Shown here: positions 38,699-48,583 of the stretch, one piece after another
Numbering within the stretch: the stretch's first letter is position 1
How the letters are laid out: every line of letters starts with the position of its first letter
NCBI GenBank assembly: GCA_007133205.1
Contig: SLND01000033.1
Span: 1 to 59,873, forward strand
Length of the DNA: 59,873 nucleotides
Direction: 5' to 3'
DNA from: Natronospiraceae bacterium
Lineage (GTDB): Bacteria; Pseudomonadota; Gammaproteobacteria; Natronospirales; Natronospiraceae
Notes under the pieces: generated by a model
The model's database searches: none
What the model was told of the DNA's origin: nothing
The model's input: the letters and a program-made list of their open reading frames with translations, nothing else
Program-made: the position numbers and the translations under genes

Positions 38699-38727
38699 TT
38701 GACATATGTCACTTTACGGCTTAATTT
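38699..38727 (+). promoter_or_regulatory. Near-consensus sigma70 promoter upstream of the globin gene
   Basis: TTGACA (38699-38704), 17-nt spacer, TAATTT (38722-38727), in a locally AT-rich stretch. Confidence 0.4.
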
Positions 38728-38808
38728 ATATCATGCTAATATTCGAGCAGCTTCAGACCATGTCGGCCTGACCGACGAAACCACGGAGACAACTGAGGAG
38801 ACCCCGGC

Positions 38809-39213
38809 TTGGACGATTTTAATGACGTGCAACAAAGTTATGGGCGCTGCCTTCGGACCCATGACGACTTCATTGGCAATTTTTACGAGAAGCTCCTTGC
38901 CCGTGATGATCGTATTCGATCAATGTTCACCGGCACGGACTGGGACAAGCAGCAAAAGGCCCTGCGCCGGGGCATCAGCATGATGATTTCCTACTCCGCG
39001 AGCCCTGGGCTTGTCAAAAAGCAACTATCGGAAATCGCCAGGGTTCATAGCCGCAAGGGACATGCTCCCGTGGACCCCTCTCTCTACCCGCACTGGATCG
39101 AAAGCCTGATGGACGCAGTTCGCGAATGCGACCCCAAGCACAGCGGTGATCTGGAGAAGCGCTGGCGTGAAGCCATTCAGCCCGGCATCGACTTCATCAT
39201 TGAGCATTACTGA
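38809..39213 (+). CDS. Single-domain globin (sensor/protoglobin-like)
   Basis: TTG start with GAGGAG 8 nt upstream. 134 aa. VQQSYGRC...FYEKLLARDDRIRSMF and candidate proximal-His region IARVHSRKGH. Confidence 0.72.
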   Translation: MDDFNDVQQSYGRCLRTHDDFIGNFYEKLLARDDRIRSMFTGTDWDKQQKALRRGISMMISYSASPGLVKKQLSEIARVHSRKGHAPVDPSLYPHWIESLMDAVRECDPKHSGDLEKRWREAIQPGIDFIIEHY

Positions 39214-39416
39214 AGCTGCCAGGATGATACAAATCCCGGACTGCAGGGTGAGCCATCCCGAGTAACCGTCCTGGTACATGGGTCAATTCTCAAACCTCTT
39301 CAGGCTTGGCGGCCCCGAGGGGCTGCCAAGGCAGTCCTCAAGCAGGTACAGTTGCATGAAACCCTGTCTCCCATGAAGCTGCGGGAGACCACCACGCACT
39401 GTAATGGGGACTTCTG

Positions 39417-40466
39417 TTGGAACTGTGGATTATCACACTGAAGCTCGGCCTGGTCCTGCTGGGACTGCTTTTGATGGTCGCGGGCCTGCTGCAAACGAAT
39501 GATCGCCTTTTTTCGGTCACCGTGGCACCGGAAATCCACGCCGGGGACATTGGCGGGCGGATTCGAAGAATTTACCTGTGGAGTGTGGGCGGCTTCACCA
39601 TTGTGGCCGTGGCAGCCGCAGCAATCAGCCTGACCGCATTCCAGGACGGCTTTGCCCAGGCCGTGATTGCCTCGGGTCTTGCCCTGTTTCTGCTCGTCGG
39701 GGCGGGCGCGGCCTATGCGCTGGGCCGCAATATTGCGCTGGACTACCGACGAGAGGACGAGGTTCGTCGGCAGACCCACGCAGCCAGCCCCGACCCGAGG
39801 CGACTGCCGAGACCACCCGGCGTCCATTTCCTGCCCTATCTGCCGCCCGTCGTGGTCATTGCCACCCTGGCAATCGGCTGGTCGGCATTGCCCGACCTCT
39901 TCGTGTTCCGCTGGGCAGCCGACCAGGACGACTGGATCCTGGTTGAACGCAGTCTTGCCACGGTCTTTTCCGTCCCCCTGACCGTATTGCTGGTACTGGG
40001 GCTATGTCACCTGCTGATGTTCATGTCCAGGCGCCTCCGGATGCCGGACGCCTGGGCGGGACGTGTACGGGCGATGAACCTGATCATGCTCCTGTGCATG
40101 ATGGTGCTGAGCATTCAGGGCAGCCTGCTTTCCCTGGTCCCCTACACCGGAGCGGAATGGATCTTCGAATGGCGGGGCCGCGCAATGATGGCAGCCGGCA
40201 TCGGCTTGCTGATTCTTGCGCCAATTTCCATTGGCGCGATGCGCTTCCACCGACGTCACTTCAGTGGTCTGGGCGACCGCAGTCCCACCCAGTCCTGGAA
40301 GCTGGGGCTGCTCTACTACAATCCCGCCGATCCCCGAATGTCGGCAGGCCACCCTCACACACCACTTTACGCCAGCCTCAATTTTGCGCGCGGGTTCACC
40401 TGGCTGCTGGTGGCCATTCTTCTGGTGGGCACCATCTTCCTGCTGAGCTGGCTGCGGCAGGCCTGA
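39417..40466 (+). CDS. Hypothetical polytopic membrane protein (DUF1648/DUF5808-like, tentative)
   Basis: TTG start with GGGGA upstream. 349 aa with multiple TM helices. C-terminal LLYYNPADPR...LNFARGFTW resembles DUF5808. Confidence 0.55.
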   Translation: MELWIITLKLGLVLLGLLLMVAGLLQTNDRLFSVTVAPEIHAGDIGGRIRRIYLWSVGGFTIVAVAAAAISLTAFQDGFAQAVIASGLALFLLVGAGAAYALGRNIALDYRREDEVRRQTHAASPDPRRLPRPPGVHFLPYLPPVVVIATLAIGWSALPDLFVFRWAADQDDWILVERSLATVFSVPLTVLLVLGLCHLLMFMSRRLRMPDAWAGRVRAMNLIMLLCMMVLSIQGSLLSLVPYTGAEWIFEWRGRAMMAAGIGLLILAPISIGAMRFHRRHFSGLGDRSPTQSWKLGLLYYNPADPRMSAGHPHTPLYASLNFARGFTWLLVAILLVGTIFLLSWLRQA

Positions 40467-40503
40467 ATGAATGGGGCCCTGAAGGGATGAGCGGAGAGAT
40501 GAC

Positions 40504-41928
40504 GTGATGTCCCTGACTCGCGCTCTCGTTCTTGCATCCGGGCCCCTGTGTCTCGCCCTGGTTCTGGTCACACCACCCCCCGCCGGCATGGATGAAGCCG
40601 CCTGGCGGGTTACCGGGATTGCAGCCTGGATGATGTTGTGGTGGGTCACCGAGGCGCTACCGCTCGCGGTGACTGCCCTGCTCCCGATACTCCTCCTGCC
40701 CCTTGCCGGTGTGATGGACACTGGCGGCGCGACCCAGGCCTATGCGCATCCGGTGGTATTCCTGTTCCTGGGGGGCTTTCTCCTGGCCCTGGCCATACAA
40801 CAATGCGGCCTGCATGAACGCATTGCGCTGGCTATCCTCACATTCGGTGGCAGCCAACCAGCGCGCGTAGTCGCGGCCTTCATGGTGGCTACCGCGATGC
40901 TCAGCATGTGGATCTCCAACACCGCCACCGCCGCACTGTTGTTGCCGGTGGCCCTGTCCATACTGGCCCTGGTGGAAGACGACCACGCCGAGTGGAGCCG
41001 TCACAGATTTACACCCGCACTGCTGGTAGGTATCGCCTATGCCGCCAACATCGGAGGCATGGCCACGCTTATCGGTACCCCACCCAATGCGATCCTGGCC
41101 GGCTATCTTGGCGAGCACCATGGGATATCCGTCAGTTTTATCGGCTGGATGGCCGTGGGCCTGCCGCTGGCCTGTGTCCTTCTCGCTGTTGCCTGGTGGC
41201 TGCTGGTCCGTGTGAGCTTTCCGCTCGGCGAGCGCCCCCTGGAACATCTCGGCGCCATGGTGGCCGACCGGCGGCGCCTGCTGGGTGGCTGGACGCGCCC
41301 GCAACGTCTGGTTGCCGGCGTATTCCTCGCGGCTGCTCTGTTATGGCTTTTGCGTCCGGCGCTGAATCAATGGCTGCCCGAGCTGCATGACGCACATATT
41401 GCCCTCGGAGCCGGCGTGCTCGCCTTTCTGCTTCCGGCTGCAGCGGACCGGCGCAGTCTGCTCGAATGGAAGGACACCCAACAGTTGCCCTGGGGGGTAC
41501 TGCTCCTGATTGGAGGGGGGTTGAGCCTCGGTGCTGCCGTGGTCGAGTCGGGCCTGGCCGACTGGATCGCCGCCGGTCTCGCCGCCACCCGGGGCTGGTC
41601 CATTCCCATCATGGTGGCGGCGGTTGCCGCGGTGGCAATGGCTCTCAGTCATGTGACCAGTAATACGGCCGCGGCCGCGACGCTGATCCCCATTGCCACC
41701 ACCACCGGTATCGCCGCCGGCCTGCCGCCCCTGCTGCTGGCCATGCCCGTGGCCCTGGCCGCCTCCTGCGCCTTTCTCCTGCCCACAGCCACCCCGCCCA
41801 ACGCCATTGTCTTTGGCAGCGAAAGACTGAAGGTGCTGCATCTGATTCGTGCCGGTGCGCCCCTCAGCGCCGCAGCGCTGCTCGGTCTGGCCGCCGGGGC
41901 CGCACTGTTCAGCCTCGTGAGCTGGTAA
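40504..41928 (+). CDS. SLC13/DASS-family anion:sodium symporter
   Basis: 474 aa polytopic protein with two SNTA(T/A)A hairpin motifs (WISNTATAALLLP and HVTSNTAAAATLIP). Confidence 0.9.
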   Translation: MMSLTRALVLASGPLCLALVLVTPPPAGMDEAAWRVTGIAAWMMLWWVTEALPLAVTALLPILLLPLAGVMDTGGATQAYAHPVVFLFLGGFLLALAIQQCGLHERIALAILTFGGSQPARVVAAFMVATAMLSMWISNTATAALLLPVALSILALVEDDHAEWSRHRFTPALLVGIAYAANIGGMATLIGTPPNAILAGYLGEHHGISVSFIGWMAVGLPLACVLLAVAWWLLVRVSFPLGERPLEHLGAMVADRRRLLGGWTRPQRLVAGVFLAAALLWLLRPALNQWLPELHDAHIALGAGVLAFLLPAAADRRSLLEWKDTQQLPWGVLLLIGGGLSLGAAVVESGLADWIAAGLAATRGWSIPIMVAAVAAVAMALSHVTSNTAAAATLIPIATTTGIAAGLPPLLLAMPVALAASCAFLLPTATPPNAIVFGSERLKVLHLIRAGAPLSAAALLGLAAGAALFSLVSW

Positions 41929-41999
41929 GAGGCTGAACCCTGAAGACAGGACAAGCTGCCCTTTGGTCAGTGCTTCCCGATTCAGGGTATGCTGGTTGC

Positions 42000-43004
42000 A
42001 TGACTATCAACCGACTCGCCCCAGGTCTGATTGCTCTGCTGGTGGTCGCCTGTGCGAGCGCCCAGGTGCAAACTCCCGGTTCCGACAACACCACCCCCCG
42101 AATCGAAGGCGAGCATTTCATTACGGCCGACGGCACTGCCCTGCCGTACACGCACTGGGATGCGGAGGGAGAGACGGAACGCGTCGTGCTGGCACTGCAC
42201 GGCTTCAATGACTTCCGGCTGTCCCATCAACCTCTGGCCCGCTGGCTGCAGCATGACGGCAACAGCGTGTATGCCTATGATCAGCGTGGATTCGGGGCTA
42301 CGGAACAACGGGGGATCTGGGCCGGCGAGGACCGTCTGGTTGATGATGCGATGACCGTGTTGCAGCTTCTGAAGGAGCGCTATCCCGACAAACCCGCATA
42401 TCTGGTGGGTGAAAGCATGGGTGCCGGGGTGGTCATGCTTCTGCTGGCCCGGGAAGATGCTCCCGAGGTAGCCGGTGCGGTACTGATGGCGCCCGCCGTC
42501 TGGGGGAGAGATACCCAACCCTGGTATCAGAGGCTCGGCCTCTGGCTGGGAATTCGCGTCTTCCCCGGCTTCCAGGTCGATACCCGCTGGGTGGACGTCG
42601 ATCCCAGTGATGATCCGGATGTGCTGCGCTACTGGGACAAGCATCCCCTGGTCATCCGGGACACCCGGGTGGACGCCCTGGAGGGGGTCACGGAACTCAT
42701 GGGCAGGGCACTGGAAGAAACGAGTTCACTGCCGGTGCCCGCGCTGATTGTCTACGGAGGCAAGGATGAGGTTGTTCCCGGAAAAGCCATCTGTCTGCTG
42801 CTGGAAAAACTTCCCGATCAGGACCACGTGCCCTGGCGTTTCGCCTATTATCCGGATGGATGGCACCTGCTGGCCCGTGACAGCCGCTCTCCCGAAACCC
42901 TGGCCGATATCGGGGCCTGGCTATCCTATTCGCAGACCCATCTGCCTTCCGGCAGGGAACTGGATCGCGAGCGGGGGCGTGCGGCGGTCTGTGAACAAGA
43001 CTGA
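42000..43004 (+). CDS. Alpha/beta hydrolase (lysophospholipase/monoglyceride-lipase-like) lipoprotein
   Basis: ATG at 42000. Lipobox LLVVAC. HGFND oxyanion region, GESMGAGV nucleophile elbow and C-terminal DGWH. Confidence 0.85.
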   Translation: MTINRLAPGLIALLVVACASAQVQTPGSDNTTPRIEGEHFITADGTALPYTHWDAEGETERVVLALHGFNDFRLSHQPLARWLQHDGNSVYAYDQRGFGATEQRGIWAGEDRLVDDAMTVLQLLKERYPDKPAYLVGESMGAGVVMLLLAREDAPEVAGAVLMAPAVWGRDTQPWYQRLGLWLGIRVFPGFQVDTRWVDVDPSDDPDVLRYWDKHPLVIRDTRVDALEGVTELMGRALEETSSLPVPALIVYGGKDEVVPGKAICLLLEKLPDQDHVPWRFAYYPDGWHLLARDSRSPETLADIGAWLSYSQTHLPSGRELDRERGRAAVCEQD

Positions 43005-43026
43005 GGTTTCAGCGAGCAACCCGCTT

Positions 43027-44778
43027 TCAGGAAGGCTCCGCCACCGCGCGCAGGCGCACTGACTCCGGATAGGGGGGTACATCCGAGAGTTCACCCCTCC
43101 GTATGCCTTGCTGCAGTTGCTGCCACCACCGGTAATCAAAGAGCTCCGGATGCTGCGTCCTCAGGAGCCCCATGAGTTCCGGTCCCAGCCCCATGAAGGC
43201 AGGAAACTGTTCCGGAAAGACGTCTCCAGGATTCACGGTGTAACAAGGCTCGGCACTGAGCTCTTCCACTTCAGAACGAGGTGGTGGAATGGGGCGGAAA
43301 CAGCATTCACTCACGCGCCGCAACTCGTCATAGTCGTAGAAGATCACCCGAACGGTGCGGGTGACACCGAAATTCTTCAACAGCAGGTCACCGGGGAAGA
43401 TATCCGAGCGGGCAAGATCCTTGATGGCCTGCCCATAATCGAGCACCACCTCCTGCAGGACCGGGAGGGAATTCTCCGCAACAAACAGATCCAGTGGACG
43501 CACTCGGCGTTCCACATAGCAGTGATGCACCGTCAGCCACCGACCATCCTCGCTGACTGTTCGTCCACATTGCTCAAGCAGATCTGTCAGTAATGTCTCC
43601 GACACTTGTTCCAGGGGGAAACGAAGGGCGCGGTATTCCTGCGCATCGATCAGACGCCCTCCCCGTTCATGGCGAAACACCATTCGGTAACGCTCCTGGA
43701 CATGCTCTCGCCCGAAGGGTTTGGCCGGGCCGAAGTCATCCCGCATGACCTTGAACACCAGGGGATAACTGGGCAGCGTGAATACCAGCATGACCATTCC
43801 GGCCGTACCGGGCGCATGCTCAAGCTTTTCGGCGCCGCTTTCCGCCAGGTGGCGAAAGAAATGCCGATAGCGCTCGGTCTTGCCCTGTTTGACGCGCCCC
43901 AGCACGGTATAGAGCTCGTCGAGCGGTTTGTGCGGCAACAGGGTGCGGAGAAACACCACAGCGTCCCCGACCGTGGGCAGATCGGCATGGAAATAACTGT
44001 GCGTATACCCAAAGACGACACTGATGTGCCGGTGCCGGGTCAAGACCGCATCCACCACCAGGCCATGGGACCGGTTGACCAGGGCAATCACGCAAGGCAG
44101 GTAATGATGCTCTCCGAAGATTCGCCCCACCAGCCACGCCCGGCCACCGCGATAGAAGATCGTCTCCATCAACTCGATCGCGACCGGGACTGAATCCCCG
44201 CGTTCATGCAGATCCTCCTGAATCCGCGTCGAGAGTGCCCTGGCATCTGCCTGCAGATCTGCGAAATTCGCAGTGAATGGCAATGACTGCAGCAATCGTC
44301 GGAAGGCATCGACGCGATCCCCCAGAAAGCTGTAATGCAAGCGACGGACCGGGTGGGTAATACGATCCGTCGGCTCGATGTCGAGAGCGACAAACTCGAT
44401 CGCCGGGTCGACACCTTCGGTCTTGAACAGACGGCGTGTCAGCGTGTTGAAGAAGGTCTTGTACAGTTCTGCATCAAGCAGAGACTCAATCTCCTTTCCG
44501 TAAACACTCCGGATATGGGTCCATAGCCGGTAGGAAAAGAGTCGCTCATCAAGCAACTGCTCGAGCCGGGAAAAGGTTTCATGAATGGCCTGATCATAGA
44601 GCCCAATGCGCTCGACTGCGTCCGAGTGCATTCCGACCCGGTCTCTCGCCTCGAAACGGCGGCGTGCGCGCCGGGTCACATCGGAAAAACGCGCATTGTA
44701 GTCATCAAAGGCATCCACGATCAGCCGGGATACCTTCTCTGCAATCTTCCGGGGAGATTCGCTGTTGATGCCACCCAT
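43027..44778 (-). CDS. aceK: Isocitrate dehydrogenase kinase/phosphatase
   Basis: 583 aa, collinear with AceK (IVDAFDDYNARF... and the kinase core VFTLPSYPLVFKVMRD). Confidence 0.93.
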   Translation of the reverse strand: MGGINSESPRKIAEKVSRLIVDAFDDYNARFSDVTRRARRRFEARDRVGMHSDAVERIGLYDQAIHETFSRLEQLLDERLFSYRLWTHIRSVYGKEIESLLDAELYKTFFNTLTRRLFKTEGVDPAIEFVALDIEPTDRITHPVRRLHYSFLGDRVDAFRRLLQSLPFTANFADLQADARALSTRIQEDLHERGDSVPVAIELMETIFYRGGRAWLVGRIFGEHHYLPCVIALVNRSHGLVVDAVLTRHRHISVVFGYTHSYFHADLPTVGDAVVFLRTLLPHKPLDELYTVLGRVKQGKTERYRHFFRHLAESGAEKLEHAPGTAGMVMLVFTLPSYPLVFKVMRDDFGPAKPFGREHVQERYRMVFRHERGGRLIDAQEYRALRFPLEQVSETLLTDLLEQCGRTVSEDGRWLTVHHCYVERRVRPLDLFVAENSLPVLQEVVLDYGQAIKDLARSDIFPGDLLLKNFGVTRTVRVIFYDYDELRRVSECCFRPIPPPRSEVEELSAEPCYTVNPGDVFPEQFPAFMGLGPELMGLLRTQHPELFDYRWWQQLQQGIRRGELSDVPPYPESVRLRAVAEPS

Positions 44779-44935
44779 GCCTGAATATGAGCCCAGTTTT
44801 GTTGTCGTAGACTGTGCTTGATCGGGGTCTTCCTGCAGTGTAGCACCGGGCTATAGGCCTGCCGACGCCTGCTGGGCCCACCACCGGATTCTCCGCTATG
44901 ATGGCGGATCAATTCGAACATGGAGCCGGTAGACC

Positions 44936-45517
44936 GTGAGTACGATCTGGCAGCGACGCCCGATTCTTGCCGCTACTGTCATCGAGGGCATGCTGATCCC
45001 GCTGGCCCTGTTGCTCGCCTTCGTTCTGGGCATCCGTCCCTGGGAGGCCTTCGAGATTTCGGGCACGGCGCTGGCCAAGGGAGTGATTGCCACGCTTCCG
45101 ATGCTCCTGTTCTTTGGTGCGGTGGCAAGAATGCGCTTTGCCTGGGTCCGGGAGATCGAGGACAAGATCCGCACCGTGCTGCTACCCATGTTCCGTAACA
45201 GCGGCCGCATGGCCATAATCTGGGTTGCGCTGCTTGCCGGGATTGCCGAGGAGCTGCTGTTTCGTGGGGTGATTCAGGCCGGGCTTGAATCCTGGCTTGG
45301 GGAGGCAACCGGGTTACTGCTGGCCTCGCTGGTTTTCGGGCTGGTCCATTACATCACCCGGGCCTACTTCATACTTGCCACGCTGATGGGGCTTTACCTG
45401 GGTCTGCTATACCAGTGGACGGGGAACCTGCTGGTTCCGGTCCTCGTCCATGCCCTCTATGACTGGATCGCCCTTGAATGGTATCTGCACCGCGAACGAC
45501 GGAGGGAGGCGGGATAG
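44936..45517 (+). CDS. CPBP-family intramembrane glutamic endopeptidase
   Basis: GTG start. Motifs EELLFRG, FGLVH and HALYD. Confidence 0.85.
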   Translation: MSTIWQRRPILAATVIEGMLIPLALLLAFVLGIRPWEAFEISGTALAKGVIATLPMLLFFGAVARMRFAWVREIEDKIRTVLLPMFRNSGRMAIIWVALLAGIAEELLFRGVIQAGLESWLGEATGLLLASLVFGLVHYITRAYFILATLMGLYLGLLYQWTGNLLVPVLVHALYDWIALEWYLHRERRREAG

Positions 45518-45535
45518 CTTCGGGAAGTCATTTTT

Positions 45536-45882
45536 CCCGCAGAGACGCAGAGAAAAGAAAAAGTTCTCCCCCCTGGAGCGAGCGTCAGCGAGCGAGAAGG
45601 GGGAGGTAGAGGGGGACTGAAGTAGTGTAAATGATCCCCCTCCGGCTCCCCCTTCCCGCCTTCGGCGGCAAGGGGGAGAGCGTTTTCGCCCCGCAGAGAC
45701 GCAGAGCAACTCAGAACCGCAAGGGCGGGTTACTGGAAGACCCATCGCAGGCAAAACTGATGTCCGGAGCTTTGATCGGGCGCCGATTTTTAACACGAAG
45801 AACACAAAGAAGAAATCAAGGTCACGAAGAAAAAATAAACTCACTTCGTGTACTTTCTGTTTCCCTTCGTGCCCTTCGTGTT
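45536..45882. repeat. Composite repeat element (family copy C)
   Basis: 17-mer CCCGCAGAGACGCAGAG occurs twice (45536-45552, 45690-45706). G-rich hairpin 45596-45616/45635-45655. CACGAAG/CTTCGTG heptad palindrome 45792-45882. Confidence 0.8.
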
Positions 45883-45916
45883 AGGAATCGGCGCTGGACC
45901 GTAGCCCCCACAGGGG

Positions 45917-47098
45917 CTACAGCTCGACGCGGATGGCGTCACGTACCCGCTTTGCCTTGTCCACGGCTTCCGCAACCGAGTCGTCACGGGCAAGTCCGAC
46001 GCCCATGCGTCGCTGGCCACGTACTTCGGGCTTGCCGAACAGGCGCAGATCGGTATCGGGCTCGGCAAGGGCCTCGACCAGGCCGGAGAACTGGACACTG
46101 CTGGAGTCCCCCGCCACGAGAAGAGCCGCGGAGGCCGATGGCCCGCACTGGCGAATCGCTGGAATGGGAAGCCCGAGAATCGCACGTGCATGAAGGTCGA
46201 ATTCGGACAGATTCTGGGATATCAGGGTCACCAGCCCGGTATCATGGGGTCGTGGTGAGACTTCACTGAACCAGACCTGATCGCCACGCACGAACAACTC
46301 CACACCAAAGACACCATGGCCACCCAGGGCGGTGGTGATCCGCTCGGCCACCTCCTGTGCATTGGCCAGGGCACCATCGCTCATGGCCTGGGGCTGCCAG
46401 GATTCGCGGTAATCGCCGGCTTCCTGGCGATGGCCAATGGGCGCGCAGAAACTCGTGCCATCACGATGACGTACTGTCAGCAGGGTGATTTCGTACTCGA
46501 ACTCCACGAAGCCTTCGACAATTACCCTGCCGGCGCCGGCCCGTCCCCCTGATTGGGCATATTCCCAGGCGGGACCGATCTCATCCGATGTTCGAACCAG
46601 GCTCTGCCCCTTGCCCGACGACGACATGATCGGCTTGACCACGCAGGGCATGCCAATGTGCTTCACCGCTGCCTCGTAGTCGGAACGGGTTTCAACGAAT
46701 CGATAGTCCGAAGTGGGAAGACCGAGCTCCTCGGCGGCCAGGCGGCGGATACCTTCCCGATTCATGGTCAGGCGGGTGGCGGCCGCGGTGGGCACGATAT
46801 TGACGCCCTCGGCCTCCAGTTCGACCAGAGTCTCGGTGGCGATCGCTTCCACTTCAGGCACCACCAGGTCTGGCCGTTCATGCTTGATGAGGTCGCGCAA
46901 TGCCGCGCCATCGAGCATGTCGATGACATGGGAATGATGGGCCACCTGCATGGAAGGCGCATTGTCATAACGATCCACCGCGATCACTTCCACACCGAGG
47001 CGTTGCAAGGCAATGGCCACTTCCTTGCCGAGCTCTCCGCTACCAAGCAGCAGCACTCGTGTCGCCTGTTCCGTGAGGGGGGTGCCCAGTTTGCTCAT
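45917..47098 (-). CDS. purT: Formate-dependent phosphoribosylglycinamide formyltransferase
   Basis: 393 aa, [34 protein letters not shown]-grasp core. Confidence 0.95.
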   Translation of the reverse strand: MSKLGTPLTEQATRVLLLGSGELGKEVAIALQRLGVEVIAVDRYDNAPSMQVAHHSHVIDMLDGAALRDLIKHERPDLVVPEVEAIATETLVELEAEGVNIVPTAAATRLTMNREGIRRLAAEELGLPTSDYRFVETRSDYEAAVKHIGMPCVVKPIMSSSGKGQSLVRTSDEIGPAWEYAQSGGRAGAGRVIVEGFVEFEYEITLLTVRHRDGTSFCAPIGHRQEAGDYRESWQPQAMSDGALANAQEVAERITTALGGHGVFGVELFVRGDQVWFSEVSPRPHDTGLVTLISQNLSEFDLHARAILGLPIPAIRQCGPSASAALLVAGDSSSVQFSGLVEALAEPDTDLRLFGKPEVRGQRRMGVGLARDDSVAEAVDKAKRVRDAIRVEL

Positions 47099-48390
47099 CA
47101 GGAGTTTTCTTCCTTCATGTAACGTGGAATACGGCTGCTCAAATGCATGAGCAGGTCGTAGTTGGAAATATCACAGGCCTCGCTGATCTCTTCAGGCCTG
47201 GAGCCTGACTCCCAATCGAAAATGGTGACCTGATCACCAATCCGGACCCTGCCCTCCTTGCCCACATCCACCAGGGTGTGACTGGCGGAGACTGAGCCCA
47301 CGACGGGATAGTGTTCTCCATTGATACGTACCCGGGCGCAGCCGGCCGCATCACGCTGCCAGCCATCGGCATGGCCCAGAGGCAGAGTCGCCAGCCAGGT
47401 GTCCCTTTCCGCGACATAGGCCCGCCCATAGCCGGCGCTTTCGCCCTTTTTCAAGGGTCGCAGATCGGCGACCCGACAGCGCAACGCGAAGGCCGGTCGC
47501 AGGTCGAGACTGTCGTCCTTGCGTTGCTCCGCCTGAGGATAGACACCATACAAGCCGATACCGGGCCTTACCATGTCGTAGTGAAATTCGGGATAGCGCA
47601 ACAGGGGTGTGGTGGACGCAGCGTGCATGCGCCCGGGATCAATTCCCTGTTCCCGCACTCGCTCCATCAGGGATTCGAAACGTCTTGCCTGTTGGGCATC
47701 GTGCTCACGGTCCTCGGAAAAGGTGATCATGGCACCCTGAATCCGCACGCCATCGCCACCCGCCAGTTCGGAATAGAAATCCAGGGCCTCGTCGTCGCGC
47801 ACACCCAGACGGCCGAGACCGGTATCCAGTTTCACTTCCACCGAAATGCGGCGCTCCAGCCTGGCGGCCAATCTTTCCAGGCTGGCGCCGGCAGCACCAT
47901 TCATCATGCTTCGGTGCACCATGGGCGTGATGCCCAGCCGCACGGCTTCCTCCAGCTCCGATTCGTCGACCGCGCCCATCAACAGTATGGGTTTGCGAAT
48001 ACCCTGCTCGCGCAGGGTAATGGCCTCGTTGAGCTTGACCACGCCGAAACCGCTTAGCCCATCGACTGATTCCAGCGTGCGTGCCGAAGGCACCAGCCCC
48101 ATGCCGTAGCCGTCATTCTTGATCACCGCGAGGACCGGACGTTCCTCCACTGCCGAGTGGATGCGCCTTGCATTGTGTCGCAGGTGGTCCGGGCGAATCT
48201 CGATCCAGGGATCATGGCTGCCATGCACGGAGGAAAGTTGCGGTGCGACATGGATGCCCGTGGGACTTGAGGGCGATGAATGAGTACCCGATGTGTCCGC
48301 TACGGCCGAAGCATTCATCAGGCCCGATATTTTGGCCAATGGCGCCAGCAGCAGTGTCTGCAACAGCGCGCGACGCGATACAGGCATCAT
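47098..48390 (-). CDS. Alanine-racemase-family PLP enzyme with predicted export (Tat-like) signal
   Basis: 430 aa. N-terminal [18 protein letters not shown]-Lys motif [11 protein letters not shown], plus GLYGVYP and SAGYG. The TGA overlaps the purT ATG by 1 nt (TGATG). Confidence 0.85.
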   Translation of the reverse strand: MMPVSRRALLQTLLLAPLAKISGLMNASAVADTSGTHSSPSSPTGIHVAPQLSSVHGSHDPWIEIRPDHLRHNARRIHSAVEERPVLAVIKNDGYGMGLVPSARTLESVDGLSGFGVVKLNEAITLREQGIRKPILLMGAVDESELEEAVRLGITPMVHRSMMNGAAGASLERLAARLERRISVEVKLDTGLGRLGVRDDEALDFYSELAGGDGVRIQGAMITFSEDREHDAQQARRFESLMERVREQGIDPGRMHAASTTPLLRYPEFHYDMVRPGIGLYGVYPQAEQRKDDSLDLRPAFALRCRVADLRPLKKGESAGYGRAYVAERDTWLATLPLGHADGWQRDAAGCARVRINGEHYPVVGSVSASHTLVDVGKEGRVRIGDQVTIFDWESGSRPEEISEACDISNYDLLMHLSSRIPRYMKEENS

Positions 48391-48583
48391 GTGTTCCCTT
48401 TGATTAACCAGCGTACTTCCCGGGCAAATCCCGAGGGATTCGGAGTATATCTGTGTGATTGAGGGCTTTACACGGTACGAATATCGCCTAAAGTGTACAA
48501 GAATCGCCCCGAGGGGACGGGGCTTCGTGGGGGCTCTGACCGAATCAGAGCGCCTGCAAGATGATCACTCCGGGAGGGATCCA

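Noticed and set aside
39373-39441. 22-codon Cys-rich small ORF (MKLRETTTHCNGDFCWNCGLSH) overlapping the start of the downstream membrane-protein gene
   Set aside because: No Shine-Dalgarno sequence, and it cannot be tested for conservation here. Probably a chance ORF. It could only be rescued by Ribo-seq or conservation evidence.
39300-39827. 175-aa minus-strand ORF between the globin and the membrane protein
   Set aside because: It overlaps the + strand membrane-protein gene antisense. No RBS or motifs.
45901-45920. Hairpin GTAGCCCC-CACA-GGGGCTAC at the purT stop as an intrinsic terminator
   Set aside because: It overlaps the stop codon and is not followed by a U-tract on the minus strand. 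At best it is a weak structure and may belong to the adjacent repeat mosaic.
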